Origin: Octopus vulgaris
Taxonomy: Eukaryota
Assembly (NCBI GenBank): GCA_951406725.2
Contig: OX597815.1
Span: 164,734,001-164,798,000, forward strand
DNA: 64,000 nucleotides
Direction: 5' to 3'
A program made the translations under genes and the position numbers. Shown here in pieces: positions 51,561-64,000 of this stretch (position 1 is the first letter of the stretch; each line of letters begins with the position of its first letter). The notes beneath the pieces were generated by a model, which had not been told where the DNA came from, ran no database searches, and worked only from the letters and a program-made list of their open reading frames with translations.

Positions 51561-54500
51561 GTACGTGGTTCGCATTTGTTTTTTAATTGGCTGACCTCGC
51601 CTTCCATTAACACGGGGGTTTCATAAAATACATACCATAATAGTAAAACATCCCTTAAAACTTATCACTTTCATAAGTAAAAATTCAAAATACAAATTTA
51701 TAAGGATTTTGCATTCGTAAATGATTTTAATTAATTATTTGTTATTCACTAATTCACTTTTGCAAATCATCGTTTCATCACAGTGCTATACCGACCGAGT
51801 ATTATTACGAATAATTTCCACACAGTGTCATCATCTTCATCCTTCTTTATCACTAAACCAGCAAGGGAGCATCTAATGACACCTTACTATCTTAACACAG
51901 AAAGGACTGGCTAATGTGATCCTTATGTGTTCCTTATAATGTGATCCTTATAATGTGTTCATAAGTCCGTTCGATCAAAACCAATTAACAATATATATGT
52001 ATATATGATCGATTAGTGCATCATCATATCATTTCTTACCCGTTAATATTAATTCTGTTGAGCGGGGAAATGTTACTGCCTACGTATGTTATTGTACTAC
52101 TTTGTGTGTTTAATATATGTGTAGGTTTATTTGTAATACTATAATTCATATCTACGTTGGTGTTGAACTATGATTATTAATCACAAAGCTTTAATTAGAT
52201 GGTAACTAATACCCATATTCTTGTGTGTATTGGTAGAAGTAGTCATATTGGCAGGGAATATATTTTTCGAAATCAACTGGGGATCTTCTATGCAGGATTA
52301 GAGCCCTGCTAGAAATAGCTGTCAAACTTTCCTAAACTCGTACTTTACCATTTAAAAAAAATAAGGTTATCGTGATTGATGCGGTTCTAAATATACTATG
52401 TGTGAAAAAGGAAACCAAAGGGGTCACGGTTGGGACGCCTATGATCAGGAGAGTGACCTCTGTCTACAGCAAACCCAATTTTGTTATTTTTTTAATGTAT
52501 TTCATGGGTGAGTACGCACATGCATGTGTGTGTGTATGTATACATGTTAGTTGTCCAATAAGCTTTCCTAGGTCAGTGAAAAAACCAGGTACTCGTATAT
52601 TAGTTGAAAAGAATGATGGGTATATTATAATAAATAATAAGAATTTATTATTTATTATATTTATGACTAATATATATATATATATATTTATATAATTCTA
52701 CTTGGACGAAAGAGAAGTAAAGAGTAAGAAAAGACAAGGGGAAAATACAATGAGTATGGTTGACTGCTAAAATAAATTCCCATTTCAATGCTATTACGTA
52801 AAAGCTGTGAAAGATATAATGATCGTTAGGGGGAATTCTGCTAGGCATGAAGCTATAAATTTTATCAAGTTGATATGCGTAAGAAACCTTTATTATTGAA
52901 TCATAAATCTCTGTATGAGATTGCACATTCCAAATCGCACTATATATTTGTAAACTCTTATCTCATCATCTGTTTCAGACTTAAGCTGTGATACTGGTCG
53001 AATTTCCCGGTTATATTTTGCATTTTAAACTTTATAAAAAAATGGTCATCTTTCCTGGAGAACGAAGCACTATTTCGTTTATATTATAGTTTCGGAGATT
53101 ACTTACAGTTAATTCTTAATGTCAAAGAACGACCGAAACAGGTTGTTTAGAATTTTTCTTTAATTACATGGTAAGATTTCAGTGTCTTTATTTCGGATTG
53201 CATCTGAAATGTACACTAAGATCCAAAATGATGTGTGTGTGCGTGCATGTATATGTGTGTGTGTGTGTGTGTATGCATGTATATATGTTTGTGTGTGTAA
53301 GGTTTTTTTTTCCCATTTATATCCATAAAGCAGCCGTTCCCAACCTGTTCTGCACCAGATAGGATTCATGCGATACAATTTTCAGATGGCCCGGGTGATC
53401 ACGCGCATAAAACACAATAAAGTACATAATATATATATAATAATGATTTATATTGTTACATAGATAATACATATATAATACAAAAGCACCCAGCAGACTG
53501 CGGTAGTCAAATGGGAATAAAATATTGAAATTTATTCTTTCTGTGCGGCCCGAGACTAAATGATCCACGCCTGGGGACCCTTACACTATAGTATTTGACT
53601 TGATTTTCTTGTGGTTTCTATTGAATTCCTTCATGGTTACGTTTTTAAATTCAAACTGTAAATATTTCCCGTCATCTTGGAGAGAAGGTGTATCTTGTCC
53701 GTGTTCTTAATAGCAGCTACACACGTTATACATATGTACCCATCTTTCCAGTCAACAGACTGTAGCCATGCTAAGGCACCACTTGGAAGAATTTTCGTCG
53801 AACGCATCAACCCCACTACTTGTTTTTTTTTTTTTAAAGCCTGATAACTTATTCTATCTTTTACTAAACTGCTAAGTTACAGGACGTAAACACACCAACA
53901 CCAATTAAGCGATGGTGGGGGACCGACACGGAAAAAATCACACATAGATATAGGGCCTGGAACAGCTTACTCGACCAGTTAGGTCGAAGAAGCTGCTCTA
54001 GGCGAAACTCTGAGTACCAGTAAACCCAACACATGTAATTAATTTAGCTAAAATTATTGGGTCCTTTTTTTATATAACAATTTAATACACGCACACACGC
54101 CCGCGTATGTGTGAATTATTTCACTTGACTAATTATATTTTAGATATGCAAATTATTCCAGACCTTAAATATTCTCCCCTGTTTTTGTATGTATCTAAGT
54201 CTTATGTCTACTGTAGTCATGGTTGGACAAATGCTGTGCTGATGATGCCTATTAATTCAGAAACACGTGCCTAAATCGGTACCCTAGTCTCTGAAAAAAT
54301 TAGCAAAATTTCTGGAGAATTCTCGACTCTTGAAATTACCTCCCTTTACATTTGGAGCTTGTCGTTATTACCACCAGGCAATTTCTATACCGTCTCTTCA
54401 AACGAAAATTATTTCAATAAATCCATAATCAGTAAAGTAGTTTTACTTGTTTTTTATGTCCAAATTCAAACCACAGAAACATCGAGTAGTTTTACTTTTC

Positions 54501-54662
54501 TCTTAGTTCATTTTTGCTCTAAATATATATAGGTTCAATCCCACAACTTGGCACCTTGGACAAATGTCTTCTATAGCCCTAGGCTGACAAATGACATTTT
54601 TGTGAATTTGGTAAATAGAAAATGTACAAATTCTGTTTTATATATATATATATATATATATA

Positions 54663-54940
54663 TGTCTGCCAGCCTCGTCTGGCACCTGTGTCGGTGGCAC
54701 ATAAAAACACCATCCGAGCGTGGCCGTTCGCCAGCCTCGTCTGGCACCTGTGTCGGTGGCACATAAAATCACCCACTACACTCTCGGAGTGGTTGGCGTT
54801 AGGAAGGGCATCCAGCTGTAGAAACACTGCCAGATCTGACTGGCCTGGTGCAGCCTTCGGGCTCCCCAGACCCCAGTTGAACCGTCCAACCCATGCTAGC
54901 ATGGAAAACGGACGCTAAATGATGATGATGATGATGATGA
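54663..54940 (+). mobile_element. young 5'-truncated RTE LINE 3' end
   Basis: Almost identical to 7047-7329; (GAT)n tail; inserted in (TA)n. Confidence 0.85.
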
Positions 54941-55234
54941 TATATAATAACAAATTAATAAATAAAACATATGCATATATACATACATATTTGTACGTAC
55001 CTACATCTTCATGTATATATACATGCATATATGGGTACAGGACACCAAAAAAATGAGAAACGAAAACATAAACACAAAGCCAAGGAAATGGACATTTTTC
55101 TTAAACAACGAAAAAATAGAGTACAGGACATAGAACACAAGGAAAATTCCCCTTCTTCAGTTGCCTCTGTTTCATCTACCCTGTATTTCGAAGGTCAAGG
55201 CGAGACACGACTTCGTTGAAACATATATATATAT

Positions 55235-55269
55235 TGCAATAGCTCACTTGGTAGAGTGGAGGACTGTAG
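55235..55269 (+). pseudogene. tRNA-Tyr(GTA) 5'-half fragment
   Basis: ATAGCTCACTTGGTAGAGTGGAGGACTGTAG matches metazoan tRNA-Tyr (ATAGCTCAGTTGGTAGAGCGGAGGACTGTAG); no T arm or 3' acceptor strand follows. Confidence 0.6.
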
Positions 55270-55799
55270 TGTGGTAATTCATATATATAAAATATTTGTG
55301 GTAAAAAATTTGCTGGCAAGACATCTGGTTCTGTCCTTGTCTTGCAAGTTACTTGTTGACCCTACCAGTGCCACTTAAAAAGCATCCAGTCTGCACTGTA
55401 AAGTAGTCAGCATTTGGAAGGGCATACAACTGTAAACCACGCCAAAACAGACACAGAAGCCTGGTGCAGTTTTCTTCCTGGCCAGCTCCTGCCAAACTGT
55501 CCAACCTATGCCAGCATGGAAGGAAGTCATTAAACAATGAAAGCATGGTCAATCCAAGGCTGAAGTGTGATTGTTAAATTGCTGATACAGTTCAGTAAGA
55601 TCTACCAACACATGCCAGACTAAAAGCATGACCAATTTCCAACAAGTGACAGTGGGGTGCTTCAGTGCATGCACTTAGCTCAGCTTGATTCTTTGAAAGA
55701 ATGCAATAAAGTTTTTGAAATTCGTTTGACAATGATTCAAACCTGTAAGTTGATTTACTTATTCATTCACACTAAGTTCAAGCTAGTGTCTTGTATACT

Positions 55800-56200
55800 T
55801 ATTTCTTTATTGCCCACAAGGGGACAAACAAGGACAGGCAAAAGTATTAAGTCGATTACATCGACACCAGTGCGTAACTGGTACTTAATTTATTGACCCC
55901 GAAAGGATGAAAGGCAAAGTCGACCTTGGCGGAATTTGAACTCAGAACGTAAGGGCAGATGAAACACCTATTTCTTTATTACCCACAAGGGGCTAAACAT
56001 AGAGGAGACAAACAAGGACAGACATAGGTATTAAGTCGATTACATCGACCCCAGTGCGTAACTGGTACTTAATCTATCGAACCTGAAAGGATGAAAGGCA
56101 AAGTCGACCTCAGCGGAATTTGAACGCAGAATGTAACGGCAGATGAAATACCGCTAAACATTTTGCCCGGCGAGCTAATGTTTCTGCCAGCTCGCCACCA
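55800..56200 (-). mobile_element. dimeric SINE family A with 16-bp TSD
   Basis: Two tandem bodies flanked by TAGTGTCTTGTATACT (55784-55799 and 56201-56216). Confidence 0.88.
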
Positions 56201-57796
56201 TAGTGTCTTGTATACTGCCAAGTAGTTGTATTAGGAAAATCAAGAAATAGTTTGGCAATTGTGATTTTCATCCCTAGCATTCCAGATGCTCCATACAGTT
56301 ATAACTTACATCACATTTTCTTTTAGGCACTACTGCAAAAAATCAAAAACAAACCCCCCAAAAATACCCACCACTTAAAAAGTTACTTGGAAACCTATTG
56401 CATGTACATATATTTTGCACTTACCTAAGCTTAAACAGAATCACACAAAGTGAGAAGATTCACCAGCTGTTGCTCTCAAGGAGACTACTAGGATTGTTTT
56501 GCAATTGATTGAGTAGAATCATCAATCATAAAAGATACTTAAGATTGTTTGGGCAAATAACTTTTGGTTCTCTGCATGGTGCACAATAATTTTGCACTAC
56601 TTATGAAAGCTTAAAATGTAGGTTGACTTAAGGTTATTTCTTTCTTGCTGTTCAGTATGGTCTACCTTTATGCTTAATATTATATGCAGGCAGTAAGGTG
56701 GTGAGCTGGCAGAATTGTTATTGTGCTGGCCAAAATGCATAGTAGGATTTCATTCATGCTATATGTACTGAGTTCAAATGCTGCTGAGGTCGATTTGCCT
56801 TTCATCTTTTTGTGGGGTCAATAAAATAATTACCAGTTGAGTACTGGCGGTAATATAATCGACTTAACCCCTTCCTCGAAATTGCAGGCCTAAACCAATC
56901 TTATATACAGGCAGCATGTTGGACAAAATGCTTAGCAGCATTTCTACTGGCTTTACGTTCTGAGTTCAAAAACTGCTGAGATAAACTTTTCCTTTCATCC
57001 TTTCGGGGACAATAAAATAAAGTATCAGTCAGTTACTGGGAATTATGTAAGTGATTTGCCCACTTCTCTAAAATTTACTGGCGTTTTGCCAAAATCAGAT
57101 TATTACATAAAATCTTGATTGTTTTTGCTTTGTCATTTTTTGGTGACATACACCTTGGCATTTTCAATTACATTTTTTTGACATCTGTAATAGGCTTCAT
57201 GTTTTTATACTCAAATCCTACTTCTTAAACTCATTATTTTGTCTTCTCATCACTCACTCCCATACCTTCTACACTCAAGACAAATGAATATCTTGTATTT
57301 ATTCATTTCCAAGATGATCACACATATTGTAACCAAATTTTCTATTTTTTACAATTAACCAGGAATATTTTTTTTTGTATATCTCTTGTGTCCAGCAGTC
57401 TGGAACATCCTATATCTCTGTATCTTTCAAAATTTCATTATTTGCACTTTCATCATCAGGTGAAACAGCAGTATGAGTGAGATTATCATGTTCAAGCAAT
57501 TTAACCTTATTTGCTAGCTGATTTTTTTTTTGTTTTATTATTGTCTCCATTAACTTGTCTTTTAAAATATTTTAGTATAGTCATTTTCAAAGAAGTATAC
57601 CAATCTGAAATATATAGATATTTGATACTAGTGATATTTAGAAGTAAAATGTGGGGAATGTTAATTTTTCTGTTTGTATTGTTGCTGAGTAAAACCAACC
57701 ATCCATGAGATATTTACCACTTATGAGTGAAACTGGAAAAATAATTATTGATACTATATCATTTTCATCTTGTCTATCATAATCTGAGGCACTTAA

Positions 57797-58017
57797 CCCT
57801 TTTGATACCAACCCGGCTGAAACTGCCTTTGGCTCTGTAGTACAAATGTCTTGTTTTCATAAGTTTTGAATTAAAATCTTCCACCAAACCTTAGTCAAAA
57901 TTTATATTTCTAACACTAGCCTAATGATAACCAAGTTATTTTACTAAATTCTTTGTTATATTTAAAATAATTGAAAGAAATACAGAGCATCTCAAAATAA
58001 ATACAGTAACAAAAGGG
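57797..58017. mobile_element. piggyBac-like MITE, family 2
   Basis: ttaa|CCCTTTTGATAC...GTAACAAAAGGG|ttaa; homologous to 17176-17396. Confidence 0.85.
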
Positions 58018-58286
58018 TTAATCTAAAAATGTGAAGGAGACAATAAAGAAAGAAAAACTTTAATCTATTAATCTCCTTAATTCAGTCCTACCATAGCAAT
58101 TTTTATATTTTGATACAGGGGGGTGCCCTATTGTTGATATTACAAGGGAGATAATCATTTCTTCATGATAATTGGTAGGATTAGAAATTTGAATTTGAAA
58201 TTAAGGGGTTATAAAGAAAATGATGCACAGAATTCACATATTTACTTTCTTTTAATTAACTTAGCTGCATTAAGTTAAAATTTCCA

Positions 58287-59345
58287 ATGAATAAAGGTGG
58301 CAGAAATCTTAGTTACGCCAATTTGTCTACAGTATCAAGGTCAGCCAAAAGAATGTCTGTGTCCAGGGAAAGAGAGATAGCTGCAGAAAAGGAAGCATGC
58401 CAAGAAGTGAACAGACTGTGCACTACAAAAGTCAGAGATTCTCAAAGTGATGAACAGAGGTATGCATGACTGACAAGGAATAGGATCTCCACTGCAGAAT
58501 GAAGAGCAGTTGCAACAGGTTAGAGAAGGAACTTCTGTGAAGCAGTTTTCAACTATGATCCAGCAGTTCATTATGCAGATGATACTAGAGTTTCCATTGG
58601 TGCAATGACAACTGAGTGTATACATTGTAAAGCAAAGAAATAGTCTGGAGAGACACCGGCACTGTGCTTCAGTGGTGGAAAGGTTTAAACTCACATACAC
58701 TCCCCCAACCTCCAAAGCCATTGAAGAAACTGTTGTCATCAACTGACCAAGGTTCCATGCACTTCCAAAACAAAATTAGACAGTACTTTGCTACACTATG
58801 GATGACATCATTTGGAGCCACAAGAGATATAACTGAACCAAGATTCATGCAAACTTTCAAAGTCCATGGTCAGATTTATCATCGGATTGGCTCTCTGCTA
58901 CCTCTGGCAAATAAATCACCAAAATACCTTCAAATATATTTTATGGGTGATTCTCAACAAGAAGGGCAAGAGAGGTGCAAGAACATTTCCAGCATCAAGA
59001 TGAACATTGTAGTGTCTCTGCAAAAGATGCTGCATAACAACAACAACCTGATCAGAAGCTTCAAGACTGCACTTGAAACAATTCCACATGACTCCATGGA
59101 TTACAAGGTAGTTATCAGATTAGACAAGAACCATCTGGTCAACATGGAGGGAAGTTTAATGCACCGACAGCAAATGAAATAGCTGTGCTTCAGGTCGGAC
59201 AAGAATATGGCAAGCGTGACATTGTCCTCCATCTCAGAGACTGCACACTAACAGACACAGTCCAACTACAAAAAATACCATGCTCACAACTTTCTTCAAG
59301 CTCTGTCAATATGATGAATTTGCTACAAGACTACTATACAATGAA
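58287..59345 (+). mobile_element. Helitron N-terminal fragment (second, divergent family)
   Basis: FKVHGQIYHRIGSLLPL..PKYLQIYFMGD..LQKMLHNNNNLIRSFKTAL, homologous to the 4695-5528 ORF; frameshifted and truncated. Confidence 0.85.
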
Positions 59346-61129
59346 GTTCCACAAAAAAGCACTGGTGTTGGTGCCATATAAAAAGCATCCAGCACACTCT
59401 GTGGAGTAGTTGGCAGCAGGAAAGGCATCCAGTTGTAGAAACCATGCCAGAACAGACAATGAAGCCTGGTGTGGCCCTTGGCCTTACCAGCTCCAGTTAA
59501 ACTGTCAAACCCATGCCAGCGTGGAAAATAGACGTTAAATGATGTTAATGATAGCGACACAGATATGGCTGTGGGGTTAAGAGGTTTGTTTCCCAATCAC
59601 ATGATTTCAGGTTCAGTTCCACATCATGGTACTTTGGGTAAGAGTTGTAGGCATTGGTATGGCTGCAATGTTAAGAAGTTTGCTTCCCAACCATATGAGG
59701 GTTCATTCCAAGTGACACCTTGGGCAAGTATTTTCTACCATATCTCCTGGCTGACAAAATGTTTTTGATGAAAATTGGAAGAAGCCCATTGTATATATGT
59801 ATGTGTGTGCGTGCACATGTCTCATTGTTCTGACAGTGCACATTACTTGTAAAATAAGCATCACTGTCATACAAGTGGTGTCCTTTGTTTCTGATCTTTT
59901 CTGAAAACATATCTGACCAGCAGGGAAATGTTACTAGGTGAGGGTTGATGACAAGAAGGGCATCTGGCTGTAGAAATTCTACCTTAACAAATTCTGTCTG
60001 ACTCTTGAAAGCATAGAAAAGGGACATTAAAACGCTGTTGATGATGATGAAGATGCAAAAAAGAAGCTGTATCACAAGCTCATGCACCTATATAAAAAAA
60101 AACATTTCTATGGTGATGGTCATTTTTTTATACTACTAAAGAATAGGCAGCGAGCTGACAGAATCTTTAGCATGCTGGGCAAAATGCTTAGCAACATTTT
60201 GTCTGTCTTAATGTTCTGAATTCAAATTCTGTCAAAGTTGACTTTGCCTTTCATCTTTTTGGTATCAATAAAATAAATAACATGTGGAGCACTGGGGTTG
60301 ATGTAATCGACTCATCTCCTCTCCTGAACGTGCTGGCCTTGTGCTAAAATTTGAAACCTATGTCACTATAGAATGGATTTTCTCGCTCATGGAACTTGAA
60401 GAAAATAGCTGCATAATTTTAATAGTTTGGCAATTCTTTGTTTCATTTGGTTTAGTTTATTTAAGTTCAGAAACCTGTATTCAGTATTTTTATATTTGTG
60501 TAAGCAAACATTTTCCTTTGTTGAAAATCTTAAAGGCAACAAACTGACAGATTTCGAAATACAAATCTTTGTAAATTATTAAAATTAAATTTTGGCAACT
60601 TTTCTATGTAAATGATAATAATGATAATAATAAAAATATAAATGTATATATATAATTTGAAGCAAGCTAAATGAAATGTGTAGGAATTATGTGAGGAAAT
60701 GTGAACTTTCAAAGTTGTCATCTTGTGTCAAAACATAGAATGACATTTACAAAAGACCTTGTCCAGTTCAACTGTGGATATTTAGAATAATGTACAGCCT
60801 GTAGCAAAAATCTTTGCATTTGAGAATTTTGATAAAATTTGAAGGTTATTGGATGAGGCTTATAGGCATGGCTACATAGTTAAAAAGTTATCTTTCCAAC
60901 CAGGAGATTGAGGTTCAGTGCCTCTGTATGACAGCTTGGGAAAATGTCTTCTGCTATAGCCATGAGCCAATGAAAGTCTTTATGATTAGATTTGAAAAAA
61001 GCCTATATGTATATATATATATATATTATGTTATACTTGGGGATGGTCATTTATTTCTTTTTGTCATTTAAACTCATGCACTATTTATTCTATTATAACA
61101 TAGTTACTTGTCACCAATTACTGTTTACT

Positions 61130-63113
61130 GTTTGGGACAGCTTGCTGAATGCCACAGACCAAATCTGTGGGTGGTGCGAATTCCCAACCAGACCTAGGGT
61201 AATGTGGTATTGGAACGATGCTGTAGACAGCACCATTAGAGCAAAGAAACAGGCCTGGAAGGACTGGAAGAGTGGGGGTAGCAGGGAACTGTATCAGATA
61301 GCCAGGAGGGAAGCTAGGAGACAGGCATATTTAGCCAAAGGAGAAGCAGAAAAGTAGCAGTTTGTCTATGTTCAGCGACATGAAGACCAAAGAACTGAAT
61401 TGTTTCGTATTGCAAGACAGTGTGTGAGAGAAAATCATGATATCATAGGAGAGAAATGTGTTCACACAGATGATGGTGCACTTGCATTTAATGATTCTGC
61501 AAAGAGAGAGGTTTGGAAATGCCATTATGAAAGACTGCTGAATGTAGAGAATGAGTGGGAGGAAGAGAGTCTGCCAAATGTTAACCCAGTTGGGGGATCA
61601 GCTACCCGAAACAACAGTACCTTGGTAGATAAAACAATTAAGGATATGAAGACAGGGAAAGCTCCCGGTTCAACAGGAACCACTGCTAAGATGCTTAAAA
61701 TATCTGGTGGTGTGGGTTATGGTCTAGTCACCCATATTGTAAATCAGGTGGTCCACAAAGGAGTTATACCCACTGACTGGTGTAGCAGCACCATAGTCAA
61801 CTGCTACAAAAGTAAAGTTGATGCCTTAGATAGAAATAATTACAGAGGTATCAAATTGTTGGATCAATTGATGAAAGTTATAGAGAGAGTCATAGCCTAA
61901 CTAATTAGGGAGAGAGTTAGCCTAGTTGAGATGCAGTTTGGTTTTGTGCCAGGAAGAAGCACCATTGATGCTATATTTATGATAAGACAACTGCAGGAGA
62001 AATACCTGGCCAAAGATAAACCTCTGCACTTGGCCTTTGTTGACTTGGAGAAAGCCTTTGACAGGGTCCCCTGATCCATTGTTTGGTGGTCAGCGCAGAA
62101 ACTAGGGATAGACTAGTGGTTGGTAAGAGCTGTACAAGCCATGTTCAGGGATGCTACTAGTAAGGTGAGGATTGGCAATGAATACAGCGAAGAATTCCAG
62201 TTAGGAGTAGGGGTCCACCAAGGATTGGTGCTCAGCCCCCTCTTGTTCATCATAGTCCTCTAGGCAGTAACAGAGGAATTTAAGACAGGCTGCCCCTGGG
62301 AACTCCTCTATACTGATGACGTTCTTATAGCTGAATCACTACCAGAATTAGAGAAGCTTCAGGTCTAGAATCAAAAGGCCTTAGAGTTAACCTAGCAAAA
62401 ACCAAAGTCTTAGTAAGTAGGAAGGCAGACAAATCACAAATCCTTTCAGATCAAGCATCCCTGTTTGATCTGTAGAAAAGGTGTAGGTAGAAACTCCATA
62501 AGATGCACCCAGTGTAAGCTTTGGATACATAAAAAGTGCAGCAATATCAGAGGAAGGTTAACAGGGAAAGTAGCTTTTGTATGTGGAAAATGCACAGATA
62601 CAATAAACGCTGGAAATGTGCAGAAAATAGACTCCATCAACTGCCAATTAGGTAAGCTAGAGGTAGTCGATAGCTTCCATTATCTAGGTGACTAAGTTAG
62701 TTGTAGAGGAGGATGCTCCAAGAGAATAGCTGTTAGAATAAGAATAGCCTGGGCAAAGTTCAGAGAGTTTCTTGAGAGGAAAGTTAGGTATCAGATATGG
62801 TGTTCAAGAGAGATGAATGCCCCATGGAGGCAAAGTGGCTGAGTTCCTTTCGAATATTGGGCCTCATGGAGGCAATGACTGAGACCTTTGGCATTACATT
62901 GTGCTTGAGACCCATCAAGCCAAACAAAATTGCAGTCATGGCACAGATACCAGTGCCATGCAAATGGCACGTAAAAGCACCTATTACACTCTTGGAGTGG
63001 TTGGCGTTAAGAAAGGCACCCAGCCGTAGAAAACCATGCCAAATCATACTGGAGTCTGGTGCAGCCTTTCAGCTTACCAGCTCTGGTCAAACCATGCAAC
63101 CCATGCCAGCATG
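61130..63113 (+). mobile_element. 5'-truncated degenerate RTE LINE
   Basis: MKTGKAPG..NNYRGIKLLD..QFGFVPGRSTIDAIF..FVDLEKAFDRVP..GVHQG.VLSPLLF..LYTDD, then a Cys/His finger and the family 3' tail. Stops and deletions present. Confidence 0.93.
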
Positions 63114-63356
63114 GTGTAGAAAGAGGAAAACCCAGTCTCAAAAGCCCAGTTCCTTATCATCTAATATCTTAATTTATATTGAAATAGTAGTATTTTACAG
63201 ATTCTCTTTCACTATTCTATTCTCTAAAAATATAATTTGGAAGATGTTACATTTTTTATGGGAGCTTACACTTATTTCTGTACATTTTAAAAATGTTTTG
63301 TTTCATTTATGTTATTTTCTAAAGAACTTTTTTTTTTGTTTTTCTTCTTTTTTAGG

Positions 63357-63577
63357 ATGGATACTCTTCCTGACAAAATCTCATCTGTATCTGATTCATC
63401 AGAAAATACTCAAGACAGTATAGAAGATGAATTTTTGGAGATGATGACTGCTGGTTCTCAGTCGAGTTCTGAAAGTGTTGATGGAACAAGTGTCGATGTA
63501 GTAACATCTAATTTCCCAGTTGTCTTTCCTCAACAATCTTTTCACTCAGATGGAATTGGTCATCGACCTGTTCTCAG
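63357..63577 (+). CDS. probable first coding exon of an unidentified gene (acidic, Ser-rich N-terminus; continues beyond window)
   Basis: Long polypyrimidine tract + tttag|g ATG; open frame MDTLPDKISSVSDSSENTQDSIEDEFLEMM...GHRPVL; donor CTCAG|gtaata; unique non-repeat composition. Confidence 0.75.
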
Positions 63578-64000
63578 GTAATATTCCCTTTTACTCTTAA
63601 ATTAAAAGTACAAATAGGTAATGTCTGTATTCATCTTACCCACCTGCCATGTTCACACAAGTAATCAATCACTAAAATGTAACAACAACTCAAGGTCAGT
63701 TGTGAATATATCTATGATTCCTTGAACTGCTACTGTTCCCCATTCAGTTGGGTTGCTGAAGGTATCATTTTCAATGAAAACAACCCTAAATCTCTAAATA
63801 ATGAGTATTGGATTTATTGTTGTGTCTTGGAAATTCTCTGTGTATTGTGTGACCCAGTCTTCTGAATATTATTATAGAATTATAGGTTATTTATGATAAG
63901 GTGTAGACTCAAGTGTTGCAATGCACCAGAGAAATATGGGAATCAATGAAGTAGACACATAAACCCAGCAGGCAGAAACGTTAGCACACCGGGCAAAATG

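Noticed and set aside
62797-63423. 208-aa ORF
   Set aside because: Chance frame running through the RTE tail and the intron polypyrimidine tract; out of frame with the real exon.

Overview
AT-rich, repeat-dense eukaryotic genomic DNA. The SINE, RTE and microsatellite repertoire looks like an octopus (coleoid cephalopod) genome, which is an inference. I reconstructed a complete 13-coding-exon importin-alpha gene of the alpha1 / KPNA1-5-6 clade on the + strand (1741..29857, 530 aa, all GT-AG introns, reading frame consistent throughout). A second + strand gene probably starts with a non-coding exon near 51.1-51.56 kb and has a coding exon at 63356..63577; I could not identify its product. The rest is transposon relics: two Helitrons, a mariner, a pogo-like element, a hAT-like transposon carrying a solo LTR that itself carries a MITE, Gypsy pol fragments, a Penelope-like element, RTE LINEs, piggyBac-like MITEs, several tRNA-derived SINE families and two long foldback hairpins. 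I found no convincing novel multi-gene system. The most interesting signals are the three-level nested insertion, repeated RTE insertion into a SINE's internal (TA)n, long intronic hairpins, and a CpG-retained domain between the two genes.
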